Positions 28,684-38,104 of a stretch of DNA of 52,896 nucleotides are shown piece by piece. The DNA is from Desulfurococcaceae archaeon. GTDB taxonomy: Archaea; Thermoproteota; Thermoprotei_A; Sulfolobales; NBVN01. Position 1 is the stretch's first letter. Every line of letters starts with the position of its first letter. The notes under the pieces were generated by a model. The model ran no database searches. It had not been told where the DNA came from and saw only the letters and a program-made list of their open reading frames with translations. The translations under genes and the position numbers were made by a program. The stretch is from assembly GCA_020833255.1 (NCBI GenBank), contig JAJHQR010000003.1, positions 1 through 52,896 on the forward strand, given 5' to 3'.

Positions 28684-29832
28684 GTGATGAGCGGCATGGA
28701 TTTGAAGACTAGGTTGAGAGAGCTCTTCGTTAAGAATCCTGAAACGCCTGAGATAGTTAGGTTGATAAAGGAACTAGCTCGAAGACTGGGTGGTGAGGTA
28801 GTTAAGATAATGGATTTCTGCGGTACGCATGAATGGACCATAACTAGTTACGGTTTAAGGAGCTTAATGCCGGAAAACGTGGAATTGATCGCAGGTCCTG
28901 GCTGCCCCGTGTGCGTCACCCCGGGACATTACGTTGAGGGTTTGGTTAAGCTAGCTCTTGAAGGGGTTAATGTCTTCACGTATGGCGACGCGTTTAAGTT
29001 GCCTTCAGTTAAGGGAGCCAAGCCTAGGAGTCTGGCTGAGGCTAAGATGCTCGGAGGTAAAGTTACGGTGGTTTACAGTTTCTTAGACGCGATTAAAGAA
29101 GCTGGTAGGAGGGGGAGTGAGGAACACGTCTTTTTCGCTGTAGGGTTTGAGACCACTATGCCAGCCGTAGCTGAGCCCGTATACAACATGGCAATCCCTA
29201 AAAACCTGACTATCTTGAGTGCTCATAGACTCACGCCACCGATCATGAGGTACCTCCTAGAGAACGTGCGTGAGGTAAGGGTGGACGGCATCATAGCGCC
29301 CGGACATGTTTCAGCCGTGATAGGGTATAAGGAGTGGGAATTCCTAGTGAGAGACTTCAACATACCTACCGTGGTTTCCGGGTTTGAACCCGTGGACGTT
29401 CTCCTAGCCATACTCGCGGTACTTAAGTGTAAGGTTGAGGGGAAGCCCTCCTTAATTAACGAATATGTCCGGGTTGTTAAGCCGGACGGCAACCTTAGAG
29501 CTAAGAAGATAATCAACGAGGTCTTCAAGACCGTTGACTCATACTGGAGGGGCATAGGTGTAGTCCCTTCTAGCGGTGCTTTACTTAGAGAGAGGTTCGC
29601 GGATTTCGATGCTTCGTTGAGGTATGGGATAGTGGAGAGACCTGACTTCAGCGATGTCTTGCCTGGGTGTAGGTGCGGTGAGGTAACGCTAGGTAAGGTA
29701 AAGCCTACTTCATGTCCGCTCTTCATGAAGGCCTGCACCCCTGAAAACCCTTACGGTCCCTGCATGGTCAGCTCAGAAGGTACTTGCAGGATATGGGCTG
29801 AGAATCTCCACACCATACTGACAGAATTGTGA
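28684..29832 (+). CDS. hypD: Hydrogenase maturation protein HypD
   Basis: CGTHE, GPGCPVC, GFETT, PGHVS, GPCMVSSEG.C. Confidence 0.96.
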   Translation: MMSGMDLKTRLRELFVKNPETPEIVRLIKELARRLGGEVVKIMDFCGTHEWTITSYGLRSLMPENVELIAGPGCPVCVTPGHYVEGLVKLALEGVNVFTYGDAFKLPSVKGAKPRSLAEAKMLGGKVTVVYSFLDAIKEAGRRGSEEHVFFAVGFETTMPAVAEPVYNMAIPKNLTILSAHRLTPPIMRYLLENVREVRVDGIIAPGHVSAVIGYKEWEFLVRDFNIPTVVSGFEPVDVLLAILAVLKCKVEGKPSLINEYVRVVKPDGNLRAKKIINEVFKTVDSYWRGIGVVPSSGALLRERFADFDASLRYGIVERPDFSDVLPGCRCGEVTLGKVKPTSCPLFMKACTPENPYGPCMVSSEGTCRIWAENLHTILTEL

Positions 29833-29851
29833 GGCAGGTGTTTACTTTCGA

Positions 29852-31156
29852 ATGGGTTCGGGAGGAGAGGTTTCCAGGATAGCTTTCCCGATACTTTTGG
29901 GTATGGTACCGGACTCGGTAATAAGTCTTATCGCGATGATCACTGCGTCGAGGATCGGTACGGAGGCTCTAGCCGGTACCGGGCTTGCGTCATATCTATT
30001 CATGATAATAAACGCCGTGACTTCGGTCTTCATGGTTGGTTTGCTGGTAATCACTTCCCAGGCTTACGGGGGTAACGATTTAAGACTGATCGAGAGAGCT
30101 TTCGGCGAGACGCTCACGGCTTCAGTTATTTCCTCGCTAGCCGTGGTCGCTACCTCACCGCTCTGGCTACCTATCTATACAAGCTTGCTCTCAGGGGGTC
30201 AGGAATTAGTTAATGAGGTGGCAGTAACTTACTTGAGTCTGAGAGTGTTTTCCATACCTGCATTGATGCTTAACTCCGTGATAGCTACCTTATTCAGAGC
30301 TGTTGAGAAGCCGTGGCCCCCCACGTACTCTTCTATCAGCATAGGCGTGGCTAGTTCTGTACTCATACCGTCACTCGCGTTAGGTTACCTAGGGTTACCG
30401 AGGTTAGGGGTTTCCGGTATGGGCTTGGCTTCCACGATTTCACAGTATGTGGGCTTGCTCGTATACGTTTTCCTAAGACCCCCGGTTAAGGTAGGGTTCT
30501 ACACACCCTCAAAAATAACCGCTAAGATTTTAGCGGTAGGGGTTCCTGCATCCGCTGAGAGATTCGTTGGAAGCGCAGGGCATAACATATACATAAACGC
30601 TGTCGCTAGGTCAGGTGTTGAAGCTTTAGCAGCACATAACATAGGGTTGAGCGTGGAGAACCTGATCATAGGTCCTGTCTTCGCGGTCAACGTAGCTGCT
30701 TCCGCTAAGACAGGGCACCACGTAGGTTCTAACAACATCGGAGATTTGGATAGGGTGGTTAAGGAAGCCCTGAAAATAGGTGTTGTATGGATGTTTATAG
30801 CTACCTTAATACTCGTTGGTCTATCACCCTTCGTCGGCAAGTTCTTCACGGATGATAGGGAGGTGGCTGAGCTAGTTATGGTTTACCTAATAATGGCCGC
30901 TATCTCGGAAATCGGGCTTGGAGCGTCGCAAGCACTTTACGGCGTGTTTAGAGGTGCTGGAAGTACTTGGGTACCGCTCGCGATAAGTTCTACGACGATA
31001 CTGATTTTCAGGGCGGCACTAGCTCAAATCCTCCAACCAATCTACGGGATCTACAGTGTTTGGTTCACTCAAATAACTGATATGTATAGTCGGTTCCTCA
31101 TATCTTACTTAATATACGTTAAGCTCAAGTCGAGACTCCTCGTTAAAGTGATCTAA
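29852..31156 (+). CDS. MATE family efflux transporter
   Basis: About 12 TM helices; GTEALAG, LG..G.G.AS, ALAAH, FRGAG. Confidence 0.85.
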   Translation: MGSGGEVSRIAFPILLGMVPDSVISLIAMITASRIGTEALAGTGLASYLFMIINAVTSVFMVGLLVITSQAYGGNDLRLIERAFGETLTASVISSLAVVATSPLWLPIYTSLLSGGQELVNEVAVTYLSLRVFSIPALMLNSVIATLFRAVEKPWPPTYSSISIGVASSVLIPSLALGYLGLPRLGVSGMGLASTISQYVGLLVYVFLRPPVKVGFYTPSKITAKILAVGVPASAERFVGSAGHNIYINAVARSGVEALAAHNIGLSVENLIIGPVFAVNVAASAKTGHHVGSNNIGDLDRVVKEALKIGVVWMFIATLILVGLSPFVGKFFTDDREVAELVMVYLIMAAISEIGLGASQALYGVFRGAGSTWVPLAISSTTILIFRAALAQILQPIYGIYSVWFTQITDMYSRFLISYLIYVKLKSRLLVKVI

Positions 31157-31263
31157 CCCTTCATAAGGTGCCTTCCTCAAGGTAGTCCCACAATAACTAT
31201 GGTGTGGTTAGCTTCAACACCTTATTAATTACAGTTCCTATTCTTTTTCTATTTGGTGTTTGA

Positions 31264-31662
31264 GTGATGCATGAGTGGGCTTTGGCGGAGGGTGTGGCGC
31301 GGTACCTTTGTAGTGTTGCGGGCGGCAGGAAGCTTAAGAGCGTTAAGATAGGGTTAGGTGAGCTACAGTCTATTGATGAGGAGGTTTTCAGGTTCGCTCT
31401 AGCGGAGCTGTTGAGGGTTGAGGGTTGTGAGCTTAGTGAGGATTCGGTAGTTTTCGTTAGGAAACCGGCGGCGTTTCAGTGTAGGAAGTGCGGGTATTCC
31501 TGGACTCTCAATGAGGTAGGTCTTAACGACGAGGAGAGGGAGGCTATCCATTTCATACCTGAGGTAGTGCATGCTTACGTGTCGTGCCCTGCGTGCGGCT
31601 CAAGAGATTTCGATGTTGTGGGGGGTAGGGGTGTGGAGGTAGTGGAGGTGGTTGTTGAGTGA
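31264..31662 (+). CDS. hypA: Hydrogenase nickel metallochaperone HypA
   Basis: MHE start (ATG 31267), CRKC and CPAC Zn ligands, Thermococcales-type HFIPE insert. Confidence 0.93.
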   Translation: MMHEWALAEGVARYLCSVAGGRKLKSVKIGLGELQSIDEEVFRFALAELLRVEGCELSEDSVVFVRKPAAFQCRKCGYSWTLNEVGLNDEEREAIHFIPEVVHAYVSCPACGSRDFDVVGGRGVEVVEVVVE

Positions 31663-32411
31663 GTGGCTTGAGACGTCATGACGAAGACCCTAGGAAATTA
31701 CTTATTGAGAGGAGGCTTGCTAACGTCAATAACGTGATCCCGGTTATGAGTCCTAAAGGCGGTGTTGGCAAGACTTTGATCTCAACGCTTATGGCTTTAG
31801 CCATAGCCGAGAACAACTCCAGCGTGGGGATACTAGACCTAGACGTGACTAACCCGTCAATCCACGTAATACTGAACCTGGACCCGGGCGTGAAACCTTC
31901 GGAGGATAAAGGCGTGATACCTCCTAAGGTTCACGGGATTAAGGCAATGAGTATCGCGTACTATACTGAGGGGAAGCCGCTACCTCTAAGAGGTTCCGAA
32001 ATAACTAAGGTTGTTAGGGAAATCCTAGCGATAACTATTTGGGGTAGCCTAGATTACCTCATAATAGATACGCCGCCCGGGATGAGCGACGTACACCTAG
32101 AAATACTCAGTAACGTAGGTAAGGCAAGACCTCTGGTGGTGACAACCCCCCACATCCTCTCAGTTTATTCTGTGAGATCTCTCTTGACAATACTTAAAGA
32201 AGTTGGAACACCTATCGTAGGGCTTGTGGAGAACATGAGCGAGAACCCGACAGACGTTGTGATCGACCTGTGCAGGGAGTTTAAGATTAGGTACTTAGGT
32301 AACGTGCCGTTAGAGTCTTTGCTCGCCTTAAGCGTTGGTAATATGACTTTAATGAAGAAGACGAGAGCATACAGTAGAGTAGCTGAGATAATTAAGCGCT
32401 TAAGTTCTTGA
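31659..32411 (+). CDS. Mrp/MinD-family P-loop ATPase, probable ATPase-type HypB
   Basis: SPKGGVGKT, DTPPG, ENMS without following CxxC; coupled to hypA. Confidence 0.8.
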   Translation: MSGLRRHDEDPRKLLIERRLANVNNVIPVMSPKGGVGKTLISTLMALAIAENNSSVGILDLDVTNPSIHVILNLDPGVKPSEDKGVIPPKVHGIKAMSIAYYTEGKPLPLRGSEITKVVREILAITIWGSLDYLIIDTPPGMSDVHLEILSNVGKARPLVVTTPHILSVYSVRSLLTILKEVGTPIVGLVENMSENPTDVVIDLCREFKIRYLGNVPLESLLALSVGNMTLMKKTRAYSRVAEIIKRLSS

Positions 32412-32416
32412 AAACC

Positions 32417-32935
32417 CTACCTGAGACCTAGCTTCCTCCTGCAAGATTCCGTTATGGTTATTGCGTAGTTAAGTAACTCTAGTTTTTCCGACGCCAGCAC
32501 TTTAATCAAGTTAGCGTGTTTTTCTAAGTCTTCCTTACTCAGCATGTTCATGCTTGCTACGTGATTCCTAAACCTTATTTCTAGGGTCCTGCCCCCAACA
32601 CCTATACTTAATCGTTTATTGCTCACTACTACCTTACCCTCCCTGCTATCGTATGAGATCACGGTGAGAGGCGTTCTATGGATTACTGAGGTTACGTGAT
32701 TATCGTTAACGTATGTGAGACCCTCACATAGTTTAACTACGGGAGGCCTCGAACTCTCCAAGGAACCCTCGATTACTGAGAGCGTGGATATTAACGCCCT
32801 CATCTTAGCTAGCACCTCACTTATTAAAGCAGCCCCAACAACCCCTACCCTACTAAGCTCGGAAGACTCTCTGGTCCTGACCTCCTCGTAAGCCCTCTGA
32901 GCCTCCTCAATTACCCTCAAGGCATCCCCAAACAT
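32417..32935 (-). CDS. Hypothetical protein
   Basis: 172-aa ORF with RBS/TATA-like upstream sequence; no recognised motif. Confidence 0.6.
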   Translation of the reverse strand: MFGDALRVIEEAQRAYEEVRTRESSELSRVGVVGAALISEVLAKMRALISTLSVIEGSLESSRPPVVKLCEGLTYVNDNHVTSVIHRTPLTVISYDSREGKVVVSNKRLSIGVGGRTLEIRFRNHVASMNMLSKEDLEKHANLIKVLASEKLELLNYAITITESCRRKLGLR

Positions 32936-32993
32936 ACTCCCTTCAACACCACTAAAACATTAAGGTAGGTTTTTAAAGCTTTAAAGAACTTAC

Positions 32994-33205
32994 GTAATCG
33001 CGCATTCTTGAATGATCGGGGATCTCCCCGTTACCTAATAAGGTGTTCTGGAAACGATAAACATGGTGGGTAATAAATTATTATCTGCCGAGATACAGCT
33101 CGGTACTAGTAATCAATCATGAAGGAGTTTTTGAGAATAAGAATGATTCACATGAGGTATGAATTCCTTAACTCTAATGTATTATAAGTAATCGCGCGTT
33201 CTTGA
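32994..33205. repeat. 18-bp imperfect direct repeat GTAATCGCGC(A/G)TTCTTGA at 32994-33011 and 33188-33205
   Basis: 17/18 identity; the second copy lies in the 3' end of the RHH gene. Confidence 0.7.
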
Positions 33206-33464
33206 TGGCGGAAGACTTGAGCTTACCACCTACTCTTACCTTCTCACTGCTTGGGTTAAGATTATGTGTTGATTTTTTGAGGACTTCGTCTATGTATTCT
33301 CTCACGGCTTCTCTTATGAAATCACTCTTAGTTGGGTAGCCTAAGTCTCTGTAAGCTCTCTCAAGCAGGTCGTTAACCCTTGCAGGAACTCTTAGTGTGA
33401 GAGTCCGGGTTCTCCTAACGTCAAGCTCCATCACAAACATTAGTATCACCATTATATTATCCAC
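33174..33464 (-). CDS. RHH (CopG/Arc-MetJ) transcription regulator
   Basis: RTLTLRVP...LLE....LGY.TKSDFIREAVREY; true start probably at MELD. Confidence 0.8.
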   Translation of the reverse strand: MDNIMVILMFVMELDVRRTRTLTLRVPARVNDLLERAYRDLGYPTKSDFIREAVREYIDEVLKKSTHNLNPSSEKVRVGGKLKSSAIKNARLLIIH

Positions 33465-33889
33465 ATAACTTCATAAAAACACCATAACCAGAATTTGCTA
33501 AGGCTCTAAAGAATATTAATCATTAAACGTTGAATAATACCTAAACATCTTTTCATTATCTGTGAGGCTCGTATTATTAGGGTTAATGAGTATTACTCTA
33601 CCGGATTTCACGAAGGAATCGTGGAACCACTACCAAAGAATACCGACTCTTAATACTTAAGAATGAACGCTCCAGCCCCCACACGGAGAACTTCGTAGGA
33701 CGGTGTATGGTAGTCCATGGGTCAACGAGATCTGCGGGATAGGGAGTCGTTAGCTCCGAACACTTAGATGAGGGAAGCACCGACTCCCAGGCTGTTACAG
33801 AGCGAACGATAAGTTTGAGTATCTGTGAATGCTTGTAGATACTTAGTGTTGTAGAGTAATGTTTAAATACACGAGCCTCATTATAGTTT

Positions 33890-34066
33890 CTTGGATGATC
33901 CGCTCTGCGGTGACATAGAGAGACTCAGATGGGAGTCCCGTGGCGTTGGGCTCGACTGGGGCCCATGGGACGTGGGCGAGGCTAATGAACCCACGCCGAG
34001 GCCCAACCCCTCCAACGGAAATACAAGCACTCACAAACACAGTCAAACACCGTTAGAGGGGAAACG
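33890..34066 (+). ncRNA. Structured RNA resembling a TnpB 3'-end/omega-RNA remnant, downstream of its own TATA box
   Basis: TTTAAATA 33862-33869; stems gtcccgtgg/ccatgggac, cgtggg/cccacg, cccctccaacgg/ccgttagagggg; gttgggc/gcccaac pseudoknot potential; reads DGSPVALGSTGAH..WAR as in crenarchaeal TnpB tails (recall). Confidence 0.5.
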
Positions 34067-34145
34067 CACAGGTAATTCACGAGAGAGTTTTTTATTCTGA
34101 GGTTGTCTTAACTACATTAGGTGTTGGAGTGCTGGGTGATTTAGG

Positions 34146-34883
34146 TTGAACGCTAAGAGGAAGAGGGTGAAGGCTTACGTTAATGCATTGAGTGATTTGA
34201 TAAGTAGTGAGAACCCGAGCAGGGAGTTAGCGATTCAGTTAATTAAGAAGTATTTGGAGAGTGTTAACGTCGAGCCTTTCAGGGGGGCATCAAAACCTGA
34301 GGATATATACGAGAAGGAGATGATAAGTCTTTACGTGATAGCTACTAGAGGTTTAGGCATTAATAGCGAGTTTAAAGAGTTGATGAGCAAGGTTTTCGAT
34401 AAGGAGTTGACTTATGAGGACGCATACCTACTACTATCTCGAGACGCACCGCCGGAGGTCGTGAGGGAAGAGATTCGATCGCTCGTCAGCAATCTCGACG
34501 AATCTTATATAACGAGGGTTTTGAGATACGCACTAACGCTCTACCACCTAGACTTCGAACCCTTCGAGAGCGTGATAAGAGTTCTTAAGAAAGCCCATCA
34601 AGCCTTCCCGGAATTCAGTGACGCGATAAAGAGGTTCACTAAATTCGTTATCTCGGTCAAGCTTGCTGAGGAAATAAGTCAGGGGATAATAAAGAATAAG
34701 ATCGAGAAGGAGATAAGGAAGCAATTAATTTCTTTGGAGATAGGCCTCCCTAAGTCTACGCCTCCGGACGACTACGTGATGAAGGTGGCTAAGGTCACGT
34801 ACGAGATAAACGACGCGGTACTCTCAAGAATTTTCGAGGTATCGAGACCTCAAAACAATAAGACTAGCGACTCCGAGAGTTGA
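34146..34883 (+). CDS. Conserved crenarchaeal protein, DUF2192-like
   Basis: PFRG....DIYEKEM.SLYVIA..GLG pattern (recall). Confidence 0.65.
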   Translation: MNAKRKRVKAYVNALSDLISSENPSRELAIQLIKKYLESVNVEPFRGASKPEDIYEKEMISLYVIATRGLGINSEFKELMSKVFDKELTYEDAYLLLSRDAPPEVVREEIRSLVSNLDESYITRVLRYALTLYHLDFEPFESVIRVLKKAHQAFPEFSDAIKRFTKFVISVKLAEEISQGIIKNKIEKEIRKQLISLEIGLPKSTPPDDYVMKVAKVTYEINDAVLSRIFEVSRPQNNKTSDSES

Positions 34884-34892
34884 GGTTCTTGA

Positions 34893-35153
34893 TCATCTGT
34901 AGACTTCGGAAATAGCTTTCCTAATCTCCGGTGGTAAGGTCTCGTAATCCACTTCAGTATCTTTAACTTCCTTGAAGTCACTTAATTCTAGTAAGTCCCA
35001 TTCTTTCTCTTCATCCCCGATAGCGTAGGAACCCTTAAGCGTTTTATGAACTACTACGAAGCTCTTCCCGTCAGGCGTCCTGTAATGCTCTACCACGACC
35101 CTCTCCCCACCCTTCCTCACGTGATATATTGACTGCCTCTGAGCCTTCAGCAC
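34893..35153 (-). CDS. Small hypothetical protein
   Basis: 86-aa ORF with RBS-like and TATA-like upstream sequence. Confidence 0.6.
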   Translation of the reverse strand: MLKAQRQSIYHVRKGGERVVVEHYRTPDGKSFVVVHKTLKGSYAIGDEEKEWDLLELSDFKEVKDTEVDYETLPPEIRKAISEVYR

Positions 35154-35255
35154 CTGCCAACACCAACAATAGAGTTCGTGTTAGGTATTTAAGCGTTAGA
35201 ATTAACTAATAAGGTACGTAAAGATATTTTCTGTGGGGACGCATCCTATACCAGG

Positions 35256-36443
35256 TTGGTCTTGTCTAGGTTTGTCTTGGTGGGTTGTGTGATGGGTAAG
35301 TGTTTAGTGTGTGGTAGGGAGTCTAACACTATTAGTTCGTCTCTATCTATTTGCGGTGATTGTTTGAGGAGCTTGGGTGAGGTTCCTGAGTTTAGTAGAG
35401 CTAAGCGTGCGAGGTTTAGGGATAGCTTAGGACTCCCGATAAAGCCTCCCAGAGTTGGTGAGGGCGTTTTCAGGCAGTGTAATATATGCGTTAATGAGTG
35501 TCAGCTGAGAGAGGGTGAGGTAGGCTTCTGCGGTTTGTGGAGTAACGTAGGGGGCTCAATGAGGTTTAGGTTAGGGCTGGATAAAGCGCTGGGTTTATGG
35601 TATCTTGACCCGCACCCGACGAACTGTGTTGCAGGGCCTGTATGCCCCGCTAACACGGGTAGGGGGTACCCAAAGTACACTAAAACGCCGGGTGTTGAGG
35701 TAGGTTACTACAACCTAGCAGTCTTCTTCGGCGGTTGCTCGCTAGACTGCTTGTTCTGCCAAAACTATGAGCATAAGGAGCTTGCGTCAGAGAGTGTTAA
35801 GGGGAGGGGTAGGAGGATATTCAGTCTTAAAGAACTCGTGGAGACTGCTTTAAGTCCTGAAGTGACTTGCGTTTGTTATTTTGGCGGCGATCCAGGACCT
35901 CACTCCCCTCACGCTATAGCGGCGTCCAGGGAAATACTGAAGAATTCCGGAGATCAAGTAAAGAGGGTGTGTTGGGAGACTAACGGTCTTCAGAACCCGG
36001 CAATCATGCGTGAGATGGCTAGGTTAAGTCTCGAGTCTGGCGGGATAGTTAAGATAGACTGGAAAGCTTGGAGCCCCGCGATCTACGAAGCACTCACAGG
36101 AGTTAACGGGGTTAAAGCTGTTGAGAGATTGAAGCATAACGTGCGGTTAGTCAGCGAGTTAAGGAGCTTGAGAGAGGAGCCCCCTCTCCTAGTCGTGAGT
36201 ACTCTGCTGGTTCCAGGATACGTTGATTTACGCGAGGTAGAGAACATAGCGACTTACCTCGCTAGCGTGGACCCCGGCATACCCTACATACTATTAGCGT
36301 TCCACCCGACACACTTAATGAGAGACCTACCCACCACTAGCTACGACCACGCTATCAAGGCCTTGAAAATAGCTCGTGACTCAGGGTTGAGGGAGGTCTA
36401 CATAGGTAATGAGTGGCTACTCTCGAAGTCTTACACAGTGTAA
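35256..36443 (+). CDS. Radical SAM protein (PflA/AmmeMemoRadiSam-like) with N-terminal Cys clusters
   Basis: GCSLDCLFCQN (CxxxCxxC), YFGGDP, WETNG; likely start at MGKC (35292). Confidence 0.88.
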   Translation: MVLSRFVLVGCVMGKCLVCGRESNTISSSLSICGDCLRSLGEVPEFSRAKRARFRDSLGLPIKPPRVGEGVFRQCNICVNECQLREGEVGFCGLWSNVGGSMRFRLGLDKALGLWYLDPHPTNCVAGPVCPANTGRGYPKYTKTPGVEVGYYNLAVFFGGCSLDCLFCQNYEHKELASESVKGRGRRIFSLKELVETALSPEVTCVCYFGGDPGPHSPHAIAASREILKNSGDQVKRVCWETNGLQNPAIMREMARLSLESGGIVKIDWKAWSPAIYEALTGVNGVKAVERLKHNVRLVSELRSLREEPPLLVVSTLLVPGYVDLREVENIATYLASVDPGIPYILLAFHPTHLMRDLPTTSYDHAIKALKIARDSGLREVYIGNEWLLSKSYTV

Positions 36444-36512
36444 TGAGTTAGTCCCGTCGATCCACTACTCACGGTTTTTAATGCTATAGTACCTTTATGA
36501 GGGGGTGTCGAG

Positions 36513-37412
36513 TTGGGTGAGAGAAGACTTGCTTCAGCTATTTCCTACCTCACGCTCCTGAGCGTTGTCATTACTCAATGCGTGATCGCGTTCCCTACAC
36601 TACACGCCCAGACCCAAACTTTCGAGAGATTGATGTATATGACGAATAACGACATCATATTAACGTATAACATAACCAGGAATGTCAAGATAACTAACGT
36701 TAGCGGTCTCCCAATGAGTTACAGTGTGGGTCAGGAATACCTCGTCAGAATTAAGGCAATCAACGGCACGCACGTGGTTGTTCAGGGGTTTAGGTTTCCT
36801 GGATCAGCAATACACCTAACCTTAAGTAGTTCTGAGTGGGTAGGTATAGGAGGGCTTATTTACTGGATCCTCAGCAATTACACGGACTTTATTACGAAGA
36901 ACGCTTTACTGGAGTATAACGTTACTCTAGTTAGGAGTTCCGCGGTAAACTTCGTGAACACAGTATTTCTGCTCCCCCTACTACGTGAAGTAACCGCGAG
37001 TGCTTGTAGCAGGGTCCCTATAGCGAACACCTACATAGACGGTTTCGCTGTGGTGGTTTCCACCAGCTTAGGCAACGGTAACGCCTACTATGACTGCAAG
37101 TACGGAATTCTCTTTAAAGCATACATAGCTAAAACAACCTACCAGCGTTTAGGTAACGCAACATACTTAATTGAGGACTCAATAAACTTAGAGCTCCATA
37201 AAGCTAATACAGAGATACTGAACGAGATAGTGGTTAGGGAGCAAGCATGGGGTTTCTACGAGGCCTTGATTTACGTGATCCCCGCGATCTCTATAGCGGC
37301 AGTCACTACATCTATTCTTCTCTTCCTAAGGTCTAGGAGAAAAACTCGGGAAAGCCCTCAACGAGTGATGGGTGAGGGGGTTGAGGGGGGATCTGAAGCT
37401 AATAATGGATAG
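36513..37412 (+). CDS. Secreted, C-terminally membrane-anchored glycoprotein (hypothetical)
   Basis: Signal peptide ending AQ; sequons NIT, NVS, NGT, NYT, NVT, NAT; C-terminal TM followed by RSRRK. Confidence 0.7.
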   Translation: MGERRLASAISYLTLLSVVITQCVIAFPTLHAQTQTFERLMYMTNNDIILTYNITRNVKITNVSGLPMSYSVGQEYLVRIKAINGTHVVVQGFRFPGSAIHLTLSSSEWVGIGGLIYWILSNYTDFITKNALLEYNVTLVRSSAVNFVNTVFLLPLLREVTASACSRVPIANTYIDGFAVVVSTSLGNGNAYYDCKYGILFKAYIAKTTYQRLGNATYLIEDSINLELHKANTEILNEIVVREQAWGFYEALIYVIPAISIAAVTTSILLFLRSRRKTRESPQRVMGEGVEGGSEANNG

Positions 37413-38061
37413 GTTGATCGCTAGGCACTCGAGAGCGTTAGAGGATGACTCGTTTATCCCCACGAGAGCTAGGAGAGCTTCCTTAACCCCTCTAGAATCA
37501 TTGATTGGGATAATACTCTCGCAAAACTCTACTGACAAGAACGCTTGGAGAGCTCTAGAGAATTTGCTCGCGTATTATGGTGGTAGAGTAACGGCTGAGA
37601 AAATAAGCGGTACTGATTTAAGGGTTTTAGAGTCTTTGATAAAGCCTGCAGGTATCTACAGATCTAAAGCTAGGGCTATTAAGAACCTGGTGTCCGTCTT
37701 GAGTGAGGAGGAGCTGGCGAGCCTGGACGTGAATGAGTTAAGGAAGAGATTATCTTCCGTACGCGGCATAGGGCCGAAAACTGTTGATGTTTTCTTAGCT
37801 AGCGTGCGCGGGGTGCCTACCTTCCCTATAGACACGCACATCAGGAGAATTCTTTACAGGCTTGGAGCGATAAGCAAGAAAACAGAGAGTTACGATAAGA
37901 TAAGGTCTTTAGTCATGAGTCAGATACCGCCTGATAAGCTCTTAATAACACATTACGTGTTAATACTTCACGGAAGAACCATATGTAAGGCTAGGAACCC
38001 TAGATGCTCTGAATGCCCCGTGGAAGACTTATGCGAGAAGAGAGGTTTAACACCTGGCTGA
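37372..38061 (+). CDS. nth: Endonuclease III (HhH-GPD DNA glycosylase)
   Basis: ILSQNSTD, RGIGPKT, PIDTH, C-x6-C-x2-C-x5-C [4Fe-4S] motif. Confidence 0.9.
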   Translation: MRGLRGDLKLIMDRLIARHSRALEDDSFIPTRARRASLTPLESLIGIILSQNSTDKNAWRALENLLAYYGGRVTAEKISGTDLRVLESLIKPAGIYRSKARAIKNLVSVLSEEELASLDVNELRKRLSSVRGIGPKTVDVFLASVRGVPTFPIDTHIRRILYRLGAISKKTESYDKIRSLVMSQIPPDKLLITHYVLILHGRTICKARNPRCSECPVEDLCEKRGLTPG

Positions 38062-38104
38062 AGACCGTGTTACGGTCCTACACGAATAATTTACTTAATT
38101 CTCT

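Noticed and set aside
33598-34100. ORFs 33598-33780, 33843-34046 and 33891-34100 as proteins
   Set aside because: Short, mutually overlapping and motif-free; better explained by structured RNA or element remnants
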